Source: the human T2T-CHM13v2.0 reference genome, Homo sapiens. Taken from it: DNA of 64,000 nucleotides. Position 1 is the first letter of the stretch, and every line of letters starts with the position of its first letter. Below the pieces are notes generated by a model. It searched no databases. It worked only from the letters and a program-made list of their open reading frames with translations, and was not told the origin of the DNA. Of this stretch, positions 1 through 15,875 are shown piece after piece. The DNA lies in assembly GCF_009914755.1 (NCBI RefSeq), contig NC_060937.1; one strand, 5' to 3'. The position numbers and the translations under genes were made by a program.

Positions 1-1182
1 AATCATTCACACAGAAATGTGGAGAGAAAATTCCGTGCCCCCAGATTTACCACTACCAAAAATAGAAGGAATTAAACAGAGTTGAGTGAGAGAACCTAGC
101 ACCTTAACCCATATCATAATACAGTGGAGGGTCACTAAACTGTCACCTTTGCCTTTAAACAACTCACTAGATAAACTGAGGGTGTCTTTTGTAGTCTGAA
201 GTCTAAAGACTAAAACCTTTCACACACTGAATGCTGAAGTGAAGTAAGTTAGCTCCTGTTCCTCAACTCTCACCAACTGGGCTGCCTGCCTGAGTTAAGT
301 ATTTTTGTTTGTTCTCGAAATTGATCTTAAAATTGAAATTGTTCTTGTTTCATATAATTAATATGATCTTTTTTTGCAGTTGTTCTCCTTATAATAATGT
401 AATTTCATTAAAGTTTTATGCATCATTAATATTGACTTTGACTTTAAAAAGTCAAAGTAAAACAGATGACTTTTTTTCATGAAAACTAAGATGCTTTCTT
501 TTAAAAGGCAAAATGAAAACAAGTTACCCAAACAAAAGAAAAAATACAAGTATTTTTCAATTATTTGTGGATAAAATGTGTGACAGTTGAAGGGAAATAT
601 CATAAAAATTCAGAGAAGAGTGTATCAAAACTTCTTTACATGTATCTTTAAATGCTAGATCTATGTAGAAGATTATGAAAATGAATGAATTATACTACTA
701 TTAGGCAAGAAAAGTAGAACTTCATTAAGGAGACTACTGCCAAAAGACAATTCTGGCAATACATTAAAAAAGATGGGCAAATGGCTGTACATTTACATGT
801 TTAAATTGAAATGTTTTTTGTTATTCCTGCTTTATTCAAAAATGAAATAACCATTTATCTGGGATGATAGCATCAGTAATATGGCCTTCTGTTATACTAA
901 ATTATTAATAGTAGCAAAATAATAAAAAAATCTGTGCTGACAACACTAGAAACCGGCTTAACCAAGATGCCCTGCACAGAATGTAATAGGTACGGAGAGA
1001 ATTTGTGTTTTGGTGTGGTCATATTGTCATTTGTAAGAAATCACCATATCTGTGAAGAAAATATAATTGGGCCAGAATTGTTAGTTTTGCATGCACATGG
1101 ACCGAAGTGGGACAGTCAGTCATGTCATATTTAGTAGCCACCCACTCTGTACAGCTCATTGTACATTGAACATATTTGAGGC

Positions 1183-1352
1183 CAGTTGTTCTCAAATCTT
1201 AGAAGGATCAGAAGCACCTGGGGGGCTTGTTAAAACCCAGACTGCCAGTCCCCGCCCTGAGTTTCTGATTCAGGAGGTCTGGGACGAGGCTCAAGAAGTT
1301 GCATTTCTAACAAGTTCCCAGGTGATACTGCTCTTGCTGGTTCAGCAACCAT
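1183..1352 (+). mobile_element. MER5A-like hAT-Charlie non-autonomous DNA transposon
   Basis: cagttgttctcaaa...atcagaagcacctggggggcttgttaaaacccagact...tttctgattcaggaggtctggg...ttgcatttctaacaagttcccaggtgat matches the recalled MER5A consensus; right end eroded. Confidence 0.85.
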
Positions 1353-4300
1353 GGTAGGAATGTTTTGGGATATGAAAACACAAACCAAAACCAAATCAAG
1401 ATAGTTTTACTCTAGAAATATTTTCATTCTTAAAAGAAAAAAAAAGATATGCTGAATTTACATGCAAAAAGCAAAGTGTATGCATAACTCAATATATAAG
1501 TTAACCACTTGGTTGGCTGTCCACTGATGCATCCCAGAGTCTGCTGGAGTCAATAATATGAAAGGACTTGGAAGGAATTAACCAGAAAAATATTTTTCTT
1601 CTGAAGAAAAAAGCAGGGAGAGTGAGCACTTGCGGGAACAAACAAATGTGACTTAGCATGTGCTAAGAAATATTTTGAAAGCACACAGAAAATTGCATCT
1701 GTCTCTTTCCTTCAAATTTGTGCAATTTAGAGCTAACTGATAAAATTCTTGCTGTCAACCCTGTGTTATCTATATGTCCGTCATTCTTTCACCTTAATTT
1801 TTCTGCCTGGTATTCTCTTTTCTTTTCCTAATGTTTCTTTCTGTCTGTATTTTTAGGTGTAGTCACTGTCACAAGATTTTCAAAGTCAACATTTCAGTAA
1901 TAGTTCCAATTCTGTTACAAGCTGATCCTAAATGTATCATTCTGTTAATTGGTGTAATAGATTAAAATCTACTTGGAAAACATTTAAATGGTGGAGAGAA
2001 AGGAAAATTTATTCAAAATGAGACTCTAGGTTACATTTTTCTATTCCTCTTTAAAGGGTTGATCATAGAAATAACTTTGCCGAAAAGCCCTGAGGATGAA
2101 GAGAAGTGCAATCTGTGTGTTCAAATGAAAATAGATTTAATCACATGAACTGTGCTGGAATTATTTTCATTCAACCTTTCAAAGATGTAATAATATTTTA
2201 TACCAGCTTGCCCAAGCCCTAGGTTTTGTGAGAAGTAATCCATCCTGAGTTCATTTTACAGTTGTTAGCTCCTTAACTGGAGATGGGTAAGTGCTTTTTT
2301 TTTGTATCCAAAGATATACTCTCTGTAAAACAGTCCTTCTGAGATTGGGACAATGAATAATCTCTCTGTGTGTGTATGTGTTTAACTGTAAATTTTCACA
2401 CAGACCTCATCAGACACTACAAGAAAGTCATCGTAAAGACTGCATTTTTTAAAATTAAATGAGAAACCTGAAAACCTGTTTTTAGGAGCTGCACTGAAGA
2501 CCTATGATTGTAGAATGATTCTAGAATTTCTTCACCTAGACCTGAGTCCTTGTGTGGTTAGGAAATGCTCTTGTGTATCATTATCATAGTTATTCTTGTA
2601 AATAAGTATTCATTAAATGTTATTACATAGGAAAGATCTAGAAAGACTAATTGTAGCTCTTAGAACTTATTATAACTACCTATAAATTAAGCTGTTGAAT
2701 GTTTACACATAAAAGGACTAGAACTAAGTTTTATTGTCTCACTCATAGCTAAGAGTGATATGTAAGGTTAGGATTTTTAGACATCTAGCAAATAAGGAAA
2801 AGAGTGTAGGTCATTCAATTCTGTGAACCTGGAGTTTGCTGCTGAATTAGAAAGATGACACAGTTCACCAAGCAAGTCACCTTCAAGCTGTCAATATCTG
2901 GCCTTTGTCTCTCAAGGGAAACTATGCAGCAACAGACACTTAGAATTTTCCACTGTATAGGCAATCCCTACCTAATTGTTTAGCAGGAAGTATCCCAACA
3001 ATCTGTACAGCAGATGTGACTACTTCGCTTAACACTAGCAGATGAAGAAATAAGGGCAGAAGAGTCATATGCTAATGGAAAAGATGCACAGAGAAACTGC
3101 TGCATGGGCATAGGTAATACACCTCTCTCCGGCCATCTGTCCTACCATGTGTGCTGCACATCACAAGAGGATGTGAGAAGGGGTGGACAGCTGAGTGCAA
3201 CTTACAAACAGGTTTTTCGGAGTGAAAATATGATTGCTTTCAATAGCAGTGTGACACTGGAGTATACAAATTTTTATTGATATTGCAAGGAATGTGTTAC
3301 TAATATTAAAATTAAAGGACCAAAGGCTTTAAGTATTATATATTTTTATAAATATAAATTAGTGTCACGTCACTCATTACTTTCCATCACTGTGTTCTGG
3401 GGTTATTTCTTGAGTGGCAAGGAAAAATGCATAGTTATGCTGAGATGCAAGAATTACACATGACAGTTTCTTTGTATGACACCAATTCTGCATAAATAAA
3501 TGAAACAAAGGCTGAGAGGAGATTCTGCAGGACACCACAGACCAAGGTAATGCTTACAAAGCTCTGAGCCAAAGAGGCAGGGTATCTATAGTGCTGTATT
3601 ACCCTGGCATTCATTTGTATTACCCTGGCAATCAAGTCAGAACTCGGCATAGTATCTTAGTAGTTTGAGTGCCGTGTTTAAACGATAAAAAGTTTAAAAT
3701 ACTGTGTCTGAATTATATTTTTGCCTGTATATATAAATAAATCAAATTCAGGCAATCAGCTTTCCAGAATTATTTCTTAAAAAATACAACTACCTTTGAC
3801 TCTGATTTAAAAAAAACAAAAAAAGCATTCTGAATAACTAGTTGGGGCAAATGGCCTGTGCCTCAAAACAAACAAACAAATAAAACCCCAAAATTAGGTT
3901 GTCAATTTTTAGATAGAGAAGAAGAAAGATAATTCCAAGAATTTCACGTAGAATATATATATATTTCACTTAGAATATATATGGACCTAGTTAAATCAAC
4001 AGTCATTCAAACATACAGTTGATATCAGGAATTAATATGTAGCATATAGAAAAAGTATATAACCTCTCTGAGAGCAAACTGGCTCTCTGATCATAAGCAA
4101 TTTGGTGGCAGCGATATAGATTTTAATCCTGAGAAATATATTGTGTTTTTTAAATAGACATGATAATTAGCTTCCTAACACTAGGATAATAAGACAGTCA
4201 AACTAGGTAAAATAATAGCTATGTTTGGGATTTCAAGAAATAAACTTTAAAACTGCTGTCAATACCAATGGCATCTAAAGATATTACATATTCTTTTCCT

Positions 4301-4405
4301 AGTTCATGGATTTCCTTAAGCGTTCACACTGAAAGAACTGAAAGCAATCTGAGGAACTTGTGAAGTGATAAGACAAAAACAAGACGAAACTCCATGGTGA
4401 ATTGA

Positions 4406-4777
<372 letters not shown>

Positions 4778-6684
4778 AGATCTTGGTTGTTTAAAGAGAG
4801 AAAATCACATTTCCCTCCATGGTCTGTAAGATATGATGTAATCTGTTTTTTTCTTTAGGACCCAAAATTTAACTCTGATTAAGTTGAAGTAATACGCGTG
4901 TCAACTTTCAGTAAGAGACACACAAAAAAAGTGTTTCTATCAATGTAAACATGCTTGCAAAACAATCTAGTTACCCCATCTTTACTCTTGTCAAAAAAAT
5001 AGTTTTCTTTGAAGAAGAGAGTTTGAAATTATATTTCAAAACTAGGAGTTAGATGCACTTCTCCCTCTGAGACCATCATTTTGGCAACAGTCTCTCAGAA
5101 ATTATTTTGTATTCCTTAAGCTTCAATCAGGGCTTCAACTTTCTTTTCCACAGGTGACAAAATTACATCTTATAAAGAGTTTTGAATTCATTATGAAAAA
5201 TAATAGATCTTTAGGATTTAAAAGTAAAAGAACCATGCTGGACAAGTATGTGGAGCATCCATTTCCTCATTTTATAGTGACATAATCTTTGATTTTATTA
5301 AAATGTATGACTGTGCTCAAATAGTAAAACTTATGTGTATAAGTAGCCCCTTAGTAGCTTCCATAGAGGTTACAAATAATTCAAAACAATTTTATTCTTG
5401 TTACACTGTGTAAGGCTTACTTTTAGTACTAAAAATAAACAATATTGGCTTTTTGTAAATTAAAACAGCGTTCTCTGAAACATAGAAACAAAATACAACA
5501 ACAACAACAAATGTGCCCTAAATCATAAGCATAGCAAAAGTCTTGGTTGGCGATCTTAGAAAAAATAAGCATACAGCCAGTCAGTAAAGCAAACAAAGGC
5601 GAAGGCAATGAAAAGCAGTCAAAATTTTAAACTAGGTCTTTTCAAATGATTTTTATTACAAAAAATTCTCCTGATTCTTTCATTTCTCCTTGAAAAGAAT
5701 TTCAAACTGTATAGACTTCCCTGTAAGCATCTTATGTATGAGTAGTTTTAAAACTTTCCAACTCTCACCCTGGCTCTACTTTAGAACTGCAGTAAATTAG
5801 ACAGGAGTTTTTAAGTTGACTCTAAATGGCTATAATTAAATCCTCACTTAGCACTTTGCCATCTATACCAAGGGCAAGCTCAATGTGATAAGGGATGTGT
5901 AAGAGTAGAATTATTGAAAGAAAAAAAAAAAGAAAACCTGTGACTTGGCATAGATTATTGTGTAAAGAGTACAGGTTAGACGTTCCAATGATTTATTCTA
6001 CAAAGAAGTTGTTATATAAAGATGAAAAAGGGTAGATGAATAGAGGAAAAGTAGTATAATCTTTCCTTTTACAGCTATGCTTAAAAGTGAACTCTTACTC
6101 AGGAAATCTATTACTTGCTAAACTTTTCATCTTCTAAATTCATCATGAAAACAAATGTACTTTTTTGAAAATGACCCTAATTCAAATCCAATGTGTACTG
6201 ATAAGTCAAATTGTTTGAAGTGAATCTAATTAGCAAGAATAGGCCACCTAGCCCATGGGTAAGGAAAGATATCTGATGAGACCTAGAAACAGGATGTCTA
6301 TTAATGTCAAGAATGGCAGGGTTGGTGGTTACTCAGAAAATATAGCTGCTAAGTTGAGTGAAAAAAAAAAAGTGTCCTATTTGAAATAAGAAGGGAATTA
6401 CCAATTGCTATTGTCCTAGCTACTAAAAAACTTAAAATAGAAACAAAGACATAGAACATGGCTGTTGTAGCAATTATAATCATGTTTGAATGAAATTTTA
6501 TGAACTTCTCACTTGATCAGTTAGTAAACTACTTTTTATTTTTAGGAACAAATTAATTTTTAGAGATGAAGTGAACATTTATCAGACAGGTACAGTTTAA
6601 TAGTGAGGATTTCTGATTTTTCTATAACTCAAAGACAAGCTGTACTATGATCTAAGGATTACAAAATATTCTTAATTATTTTGT

Positions 6685-6990
6685 GGCCAGGCGCGGTGGC
6701 TCACGCCTGTAATCCTAGCACTTTGGAAGGCCGAGGCAGGTGGATCACTTGAGGTCAGGAGGTCAAGACTAGCCTGGCCAACATGGTGAAACTCTGTCAC
6801 TACTAAAAATACAAAAAATCAGCCAGGCGTGGTGGCGCATGTCTGTAATCCCAGCTATTTGGGAGGCTGAGGCAAATCCCTTAAACTTGGGAGGTGGAGG
6901 TTGCAGTGAGCCAAGAACATGCCATTTCACTCCAGCCTGAGCAATAGAGCGAGACTTTGTCTCAAAACAAACAAACTAAAACAAACAAAC
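6685..6990 (+). mobile_element. AluS (Sx/Sz-like)
   Basis: ggccaggcgcggtggctcacgcctgtaatcc start, dimer with A-rich linker, (CAAA)-type tail; attattttg on both sides. Confidence 0.93.
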
Positions 6991-8349
6991 AGAAGATTAT
7001 TTTGAATATGGAGGAAAATGTACCATATATTTACAAAGCACAATATAGTTCACTTGAGTATTATCAGGCATTATTTTCTGATGATCAACAACACTGTCTG
7101 AATAGAAGGGAAATTACACTGTGAACATTTATCTAAGAAAAAGGAGATGCAATGAGCACAAAAAATGGCATGCCTCCGTATGAGTGCTTCACCAACGTAT
7201 AAGAGGAAGGGTCTTTTGACTCCTTCTTCGTACATATTTTACTCTCATAACATTGGTTTTAAAGAACTGTATCTCATTACCTTTCTTCTAAGAAAAATTG
7301 AGTGCTTGGTGTTCATGTTTCATTCAAAATGCTCAGAAACGTATCTCCTCCTGGGGAAGGTACAATGTCATTTTCAAGGGTAGTGCTCATCAAAGTCAAC
7401 TTGCTAATTGGTTGTAATTGTTTTCCAAGTATTTGAATGCTACCTAGTTACTCCAGCTGCAATTCTAGGACATTACACATCTAGATCTCAGCCAAAATAA
7501 CAAAAATACATTGTAATCATGGTTTTCAATACAAATAAAATAACATATACAAATCCTTTGCTATGTTTCATTGATGAGCTAAAATCAGTCTTTCCACTTT
7601 CTGGGAATTTCTTACAATCATTCTAATTTTCTATACTCTCATTTTTCTCATACACAATACACTATATTAATATCACCACAAATAGTGTAAAACATTTCTA
7701 GACAGAAATAATCCAGGCACCACATTTCCTTAGCAAGCTAATCTTCTAGCAGAGAGGAGCAATAACTTTTCAAAAACTAATATTTATAGTAAAATGTGTT
7801 AATTGGTTATTTATTTATGATAATAGGTGATTCGTGAACATCATTAAATATATGTGCCCTAGTTCTTTTTTCTTAAATATGTTTGTTTCTGAGGACTTAG
7901 ATTTCACATTAAAAATCTAAACTGCATCACTGTATTTAAGTAGAAATAACTAGTCAAAGTATAAATGGTAATTTCGACAACATGAAATTTTATATAAATA
8001 ATTAACATATTAGTCATTATACAAATAAAGAATTTCCTATTTGTGCATCCAGTATGGACATTATAAATAGTTGATCTTTAGTTTTCACATATTTATACAC
8101 TTTGTTGGTTTTTGGTCTTAGAAATATAATTTTATTACATATTGTTAAAGGTTGAATACATCCAATTTTATAGATGAATTCTATTGGAATTTGATTATAG
8201 TTCCAGAGAGTAACCTTAGCTTTAGAAGACTGTATGATGAAAATGTGGAATGTTAAATGTATTAGGGTTTACAAAAAATTCATTGCAAATTTAAAAAGAG
8301 AGGAATATTATGATGAATGTTAAACTGTTTTTGTTGTTCTATCAGAAAA

Positions 8350-9170
<821 letters not shown>

Positions 9171-11304
9171 ACTTACCTTGATTACTAGTTAAGTACCCTG
9201 TTTTAAAACTTCATAAAATCTAACATTAAATCTGTATGTATAGTACAAAGAATGATAAATGAGCATATTTTGTGGGTCATGAAAAATGAAGAATATGTGC
9301 ACTGGATATCAGAAAAGGTAAAAAACTAATACATATAAATTAAATCCCCTTTGTAATTTTTTCTCATGCCTCCGTCTAGCCCGCCCTATCCTCCCCAAAT
9401 AACAGGACTTCAAGACTATTAACTCAATTATTGACTCATAAAATGCCCCCTTTTCCCATTCCAGCCCCACAAATTAACCAGAGTGTTTAGATTATCTAAA
9501 TAAGGTGTCGATGGATGTAATGGAAATAACTAATCAGACTTAAGATGATATTTTCAATAGCCTCCCGGAACTTTTGTATTTTTTCATTATTCCTTCTTAT
9601 TATATAATTTAAATTTATAGCTGTGCTAAAATGGTTATGGATTTGTAGAAGATTCTAACAGTAAGTTTACAAAAAGGCAATCAACTGTCATTGTAATAAG
9701 AGTTAAATGGGTCTATTTACATCTGAATTCTAACAGCGATTTCAAATATTGCCTTTCTAGTAGGGTTTAATTGAAACCAAAATCAGGTTGAGAACTCTGG
9801 GGAATAATATGTCAATCTTGAGAGAAACCATAGAATGTAAAAGCCTTCGGTGGACAGGCATGTATTTGTGTTTAACGTAGCAAAAGAACACAGTTACAAC
9901 TGTATTTCCTATTTTGTTTTAAGAAACGTATCTGATAAAAAAAAAAAAAGGGAAGAAAAAGTATCTTTTAGCTAGAGTAAAAAATGTTGGTAATACATTA
10001 ATTTAATGGTCCATAGGTTCTTCTCTTATAAATACACAAATATTTTTGCAGTGATGTTGCATATTATCCGTTAGTTCAAAACAGTACTGTGTCTTGCACT
10101 GTTCAACAATAATACTATGCCATTATGCAATTTGTCTCTAAAACTTATAATTCACTATTACTTTATGATACTGACCTTCAGTCTTCTATCTCAATATAAA
10201 ATCCTGTGAAATGAATTCCCCTCTCCATTACTTAAGTTTGCTTTTTGGTGTTTTATTGTTTGAAAGTCAAATACTGTATCTTTGACTCCTTCTTTTGTAT
10301 TCTACTACACTCCACCCTATAGAGTCCCCTGACTAACATGCAATGAACATGACTTTTTTGGATGGGGGTTGAACTGGTGAATTAAGTTTAGGTGGATGAA
10401 TGTTTTTTATTGTCAAAGAATATAAGAAGTACTTACTAAATGTAATTTTAAAACAATGATTTATTTACTTATTTCACACAGCATAGTCTTACTAATAGTA
10501 GAAATATTTTTGCAATTATTAATTATATTAATCTGTTATAGAGTATTTATACTATAGTCTCTACTTTGCAAATGCATTCCAAAAGTTATGGGGTCCATAG
10601 AAATATTCATATAGTGATTGGCAGGAAGGGCTATTTAATTCAATTCTGAATTAACAAAATTGGGTGCTCTTCAACATCACTGAGCATGTGTTACATGGCA
10701 ACAGCCTTTATTATTAATATTAATTTGTTGGGAGCAAAATACCAGACAGAGAACTAAAAAATAGGCCATTATTACATTTTTACTTAAAGTAAATTTGCTA
10801 TATGATGTCATAGTTTCTCAGTGTTTCAATTCATGTAGTAATGGCAAGATAGTTATACTTGTATTTTAAAATAATTCTTAAGGTTTTTATGTTCTACCAA
10901 GAAAAATCACAAGTTGTCAATTTACTGACCTCTGAGACACAAAAAAATCAAGCCTGTAATTAGTTCTCAGCATTACAATAACCATTTACTCTTCTACACT
11001 CTAAGGATAATATACCAGTTTTGAGAAATGGTCTTCATGAACATATTTCTTTAAAAGCACAACCAACAAATAAAAAACTCAGATTCAAAGCATCTTCTTA
11101 ATTATTGTTCCTCTCCTGACTGTGAGCCATTATCTATTAGAAGACTGTCTAGCCAACCTAGTAAGCAACAGTGTCCACCTTTTGATTGATTTCTACACTT
11201 CCTTCAAATGTATCTCAAAAGTTATGTGCAGTGTGAAATTTCCCATAAAATTACAAAGAGCTTGTGCCTTTCTCCTCTTGGGCTTCTCAAGTAGGTTTAC
11301 TCTC

Positions 11305-11718
11305 TGATATAGTTGGATATTTGTGCCCTCCAAACCTCATATTGAAACTTGGTCCCCATTGTTGGAGGTGGGGCCTGGTGAGAGGAGTTTGGGTCAAAAA
11401 GGCAGATCCCCCATGAACGGCTTGGTGCCATTCTCATCACATTGAGTAAATTCTTACTCTTATTTCCCACATGATCTGGTGGTAAAAAAAAAAAAAAAAA
11501 AAGTCCAGCACCTTCCTCCTTTCTCCGTCTCATCCTTCCTTCCTCTTGCCCTGTGATACTGACTCCCTGTTGCCTTCGCCTTCTGTCATGAGGCTCTATG
11601 AGGCCCTCACCAGAAACAGAAGCTGGCGTCATGCTTCTTGTACAGCCTGCAGAACATTTTCTTTATAAATTACCCAGCCTCAGATATTCCTATATAGCAA
11701 CATAAATGGACTAAGACA
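11305..11718 (+). mobile_element. MST (MSTA/MSTB-like) MaLR solo LTR
   Basis: starts tgatatagttggatatttgtgccctccaaacctcat, ends ataaattacccagcctcagatattcc...ggactaagaca; TG...CA termini. Confidence 0.88.
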
Positions 11719-11769
11719 CTGACAAAAACATTTTTACTGCAGTTATTACTTTTGTGATTTTTGACCAGG

Positions 11770-11870
11770 AGCTTCTCAAACACAGCATCCTGTTCCATTT
11801 ACACCTCAGTCTCCAGAGCCTACTATGTGCTGGTGCATGGTTGCATGATTATTTGATGAATAAATAATTC
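11770..11870 (+). mobile_element. L2 3' end fragment (probably continues left of the MST LTR, ~11190-11300)
   Basis: ctccagagcctactatgtgctggtgcatgg...tatttgatgaataaat resembles the L2 terminus. Confidence 0.5.
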
Positions 11871-14393
11871 AATAAATTAAATAGATTTAGATAGATCTCT
11901 TTCTCCCAAGCTAATATTCGGCAGTTTTTAAAAGTCAGCTTGTTATTATTTGGATGTCAGTCAAATCCCTTGGAATACGTATCTTGAGAGAGGGTGATTA
12001 TTGCAAACATATTTTCAATGAGTATTCTATCAGATTGATTTCACTAATTTATAGTTGTCTCAAATTTTATCCATGACCACTCAAAGTAAAGATATATTTC
12101 CCTTAATAATTGTGTTTTCCAATATAATGAACTCTTCCAGACTAAAAGGAATGGAGAATATATCATTTATATTTATGAAACTGTAAGATGTATGACAATG
12201 TTTACACTCATAAGAATTATACTCCCTACTCACTGGAAATAGAATTCGTGTACATAGGATAATAATTTCAGTGAACTGATTTTAGTTTTTTTCATTTATT
12301 GGATTAATATAGATTTCACAGTGACTTTTTCCAAAGTTCAAACATGGTCAATGAAGTATTTATGATTTTTACCAAGATTTTTTTCCTTCTAGAAGCCTCC
12401 TCAAACACTTCACAGGATTTTTCAGTAATATGTAATGGGTAGATGTGGTGGCTTTGAAAATTTATAGGGTTTATTTTTAACTTTGAGAAGTTTATAGTTT
12501 ACAGTTAAAAATTTGTTTTGTTCAAGAATTGAAAGAAAAATGTTCATGCCTGTGATCCAAGTGATGCGATTTAATATGCACAAAATATAATTAGAAGTTA
12601 CAAGAGTTCATTGTATTTTGAGGGTAAAAATGTTCATTTCATATGACGCTGTTATTTATATTATTGGATATCATGAGTACTTATTTCAAAATTCTGTTAA
12701 CCAATATGTATTTTCACAAATGTGGTCAGGCAAGTCTCTTGGAAAAAAATAGAGCCATTCTCACAAATATGTAAAAATGTAGCCCCCTCAGAATATGTAC
12801 ACAGTAGGTCCATACATATTCAGATCATATTTCCAAGAAACAAAACTAATAATGACCAACATAAATATTCAGCTTAAATTAACCATATTTTGTCTTAAAT
12901 TATTTCAAAATAAATTATTATGCAACATTTTATTTTAGATTGTGTGTCCAATCTCATTTCTTCTGTCCATGTGTTTTCCTTAATCATATTTCTTCCCACT
13001 ACTAAACATGCATTTGTAAAATCATTGTAGTAACCAAGAATCATGCACAAAGTAAATTTTCCTTATTTTATGAATAAAATCATTGGATTTAGAAATTCAC
13101 GATTTCAAATCTTAGCATCTAGTCCTAATGTTTATAATGTGTTTAAAAATATCTTTATGGGGCCATTTATCATTTTCTATTCTCCAATATTCACTTTTCT
13201 TCATTTTCCAAACTATGTTTTAAAATGACTGAAACTAATGTGAAAGAACTTTGAAAAAAATGTGACCTGTTTCCTTATATTGGCTGCAGATGGGAACTGG
13301 TTCATGAAAAGCAATTTCTAAAAATGCATCAACAAATATGTTCTGCCATTATGCACAAGTCAAGTTCTGAGTCAGGAATAAGGGTGACAATTTGAAGCTA
13401 TAATAATTCTCAAACACGGTTTAATTTTTCAGGACCTTCAGAGATGGAATTTTGAGATTTGTACATAACTTTAATGGTATATAAATAAACTTTAATGGTA
13501 TATAAATTCATTTCAATGGGATTTCCCGTAGATATGAACACAGGGTACCAAAAAAGGCTTAAAACTGGATGTTTATGTCTGCTCTCAGCTGGCTAAAACT
13601 TAGCTGGTAAAGGGACTTCAAGTGCCTTGATGAGCTAGAGGGGTCTAAATGTAATATCAGATAAGAAGAGCCATATTGATCTGCTTTGGCTTCCTAAACG
13701 CTAATCTTCCAGTTTCATGAGGACTCAAAAAATAAGTCAATGACTTCCATCATGAAAGTTCTATTCCAGACAGTGATTTTGCCTCAACTAAAAAAAGTAT
13801 TTTAAAAGGCTGTGATTAGAATTTTATACATTTTCTCCTAGAATGTTATCTCTTTAATGTTTTCTTTTCTTGAAGAAAATGGTACCACATAGACACACAC
13901 ACACAAAATTATTTTTCTTTTCATAGTCACCGATCTTTTGCAGTCAGAGAGAGTGAGAGACAAAGACAGAAACTGAACAGAGATATCTTCAAGCACATAT
14001 ATCTAAATGTGCCTGTTTACATTATTTGATATTAAAAAATTGCTAATATTTAATCACTGTCTAAAATTCACGTATCTGTTCTTCAAAGTGCTAATCCAAA
14101 AGAGAATATATTTCCCCAGTGAAATGATTTACTTGCCTCTCAAACTCTGCGGATGAATGGCAAGCATGATAGACTAAGCCTGAGTTACCATTAATCTGAG
14201 AGATCAATGTGGACTATTGGTCCGTCTCATGGCACTCCATTTCTTCTTCACTCTCACGGCAAAAAGAAGTCACCCTTTGACCTTATAATTAGATCACATT
14301 CTCTACTAGATCTCCAGAATAAATAAGAATTCCTGGGGAAACGACAGCCATAAATGGATAGGACAGCTAGAGGTTTTGTAAAAATCTGGGCAA

Positions 14394-14683
<290 letters not shown>

Positions 14684-15794
14684 AAAAATCTGGGCAAAAT
14701 CATCCCACCTACAACATTGCCTTAGAGACTATGGCTATCACATGCTAGGAAATAGAATCTGTATGATAAGCATAGAAACTGCTATCATGGAGAATTGGGA
14801 CTAGCTTCTCAGTTCATCAATCCGTTGATATAGAGTAGAGCATGCCAAGGCAGTTTTCCCAGCTGTATGTCTTTATCCCAACCCAGCACCTTACCATTAG
14901 GAAAAGATACAATGATAAAATAAGTCCTGTAGAGTTTTTGTTTTTCAGTCCTTTTAGAAAATAAGCTCAAATGACAGCTTTAAGTTTCACTAAGAGCATT
15001 AGTGGAAAACAGCATGTAATATACTACCAATATTGTCCCTTATTTTAACAGTGCTCTGTTACTGATTAATTCTTTTTAGTCTAATGCTGTAATATAAAAT
15101 AAACTGCCTCCTGTAAAATGATAAAAAGGAAAATAACGTCCAATAGTAACCACAATTTCAAGAGAATTGTGCTACACTAAGTGATCAACAACTATTTAAA
15201 ATTTTACGTTCTGCATATGTACTGCCTACTGACAAGCTATGCAATTACAAATATATTCTTCATGTGGATGTCTTGAATGTTCCTAATGAAAGTTGCATAA
15301 TGTAACGAGAAGGTTTCAAATACTGTTAAACTCTACAAATGCTCTGTCTGTTTTATCATTTTCTTCAGTGAACAGGTACATTTTTAAGGCACCCAAGTGT
15401 CAACAAGTGTATCAAATAGAGCCTTGAGCTTCAGTGATTTCATAAAAGAGGAACTTGCCAATGAATTTTAAAAAAGTACATTATATATTCAGGTTAGATT
15501 CACAAACTCAATGTTGCATGGCAAGAAGTCTATGCTCATTTCTTGGTATCATGAATTGCAATTTTTCCCCCAATTCAGAGAACCAAACCTAAACCTTCAT
15601 AAATAAATGAACAACTTGAAGGTAGCTTATACCATAGAAGTCTTAGAGAAGGAATTTATCATGTATTCAGTTTAAAGGGCTCAGTTTATGAGTGCCATGA
15701 AAGTGATACATGTCATCCAATATGCCTTGATACAGAATCAGGTGGCCCAAAATAAATCTAATGTACAATTTGTGGTAAAAATATGCTTCAATCA

Positions 15795-15875
15795 TTCTCT
15801 CTCTCTCTCTTTGCCATATATGCATATATATATATATATATATATATGTTTGTGCATACATACACACAATCACAC
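15795..15875. repeat. compound (CT)n/(AT)n/CA-rich microsatellite
   Basis: tctctctctctctct...atatatatatatatatatatat...catatacacac read directly. Confidence 0.9.
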
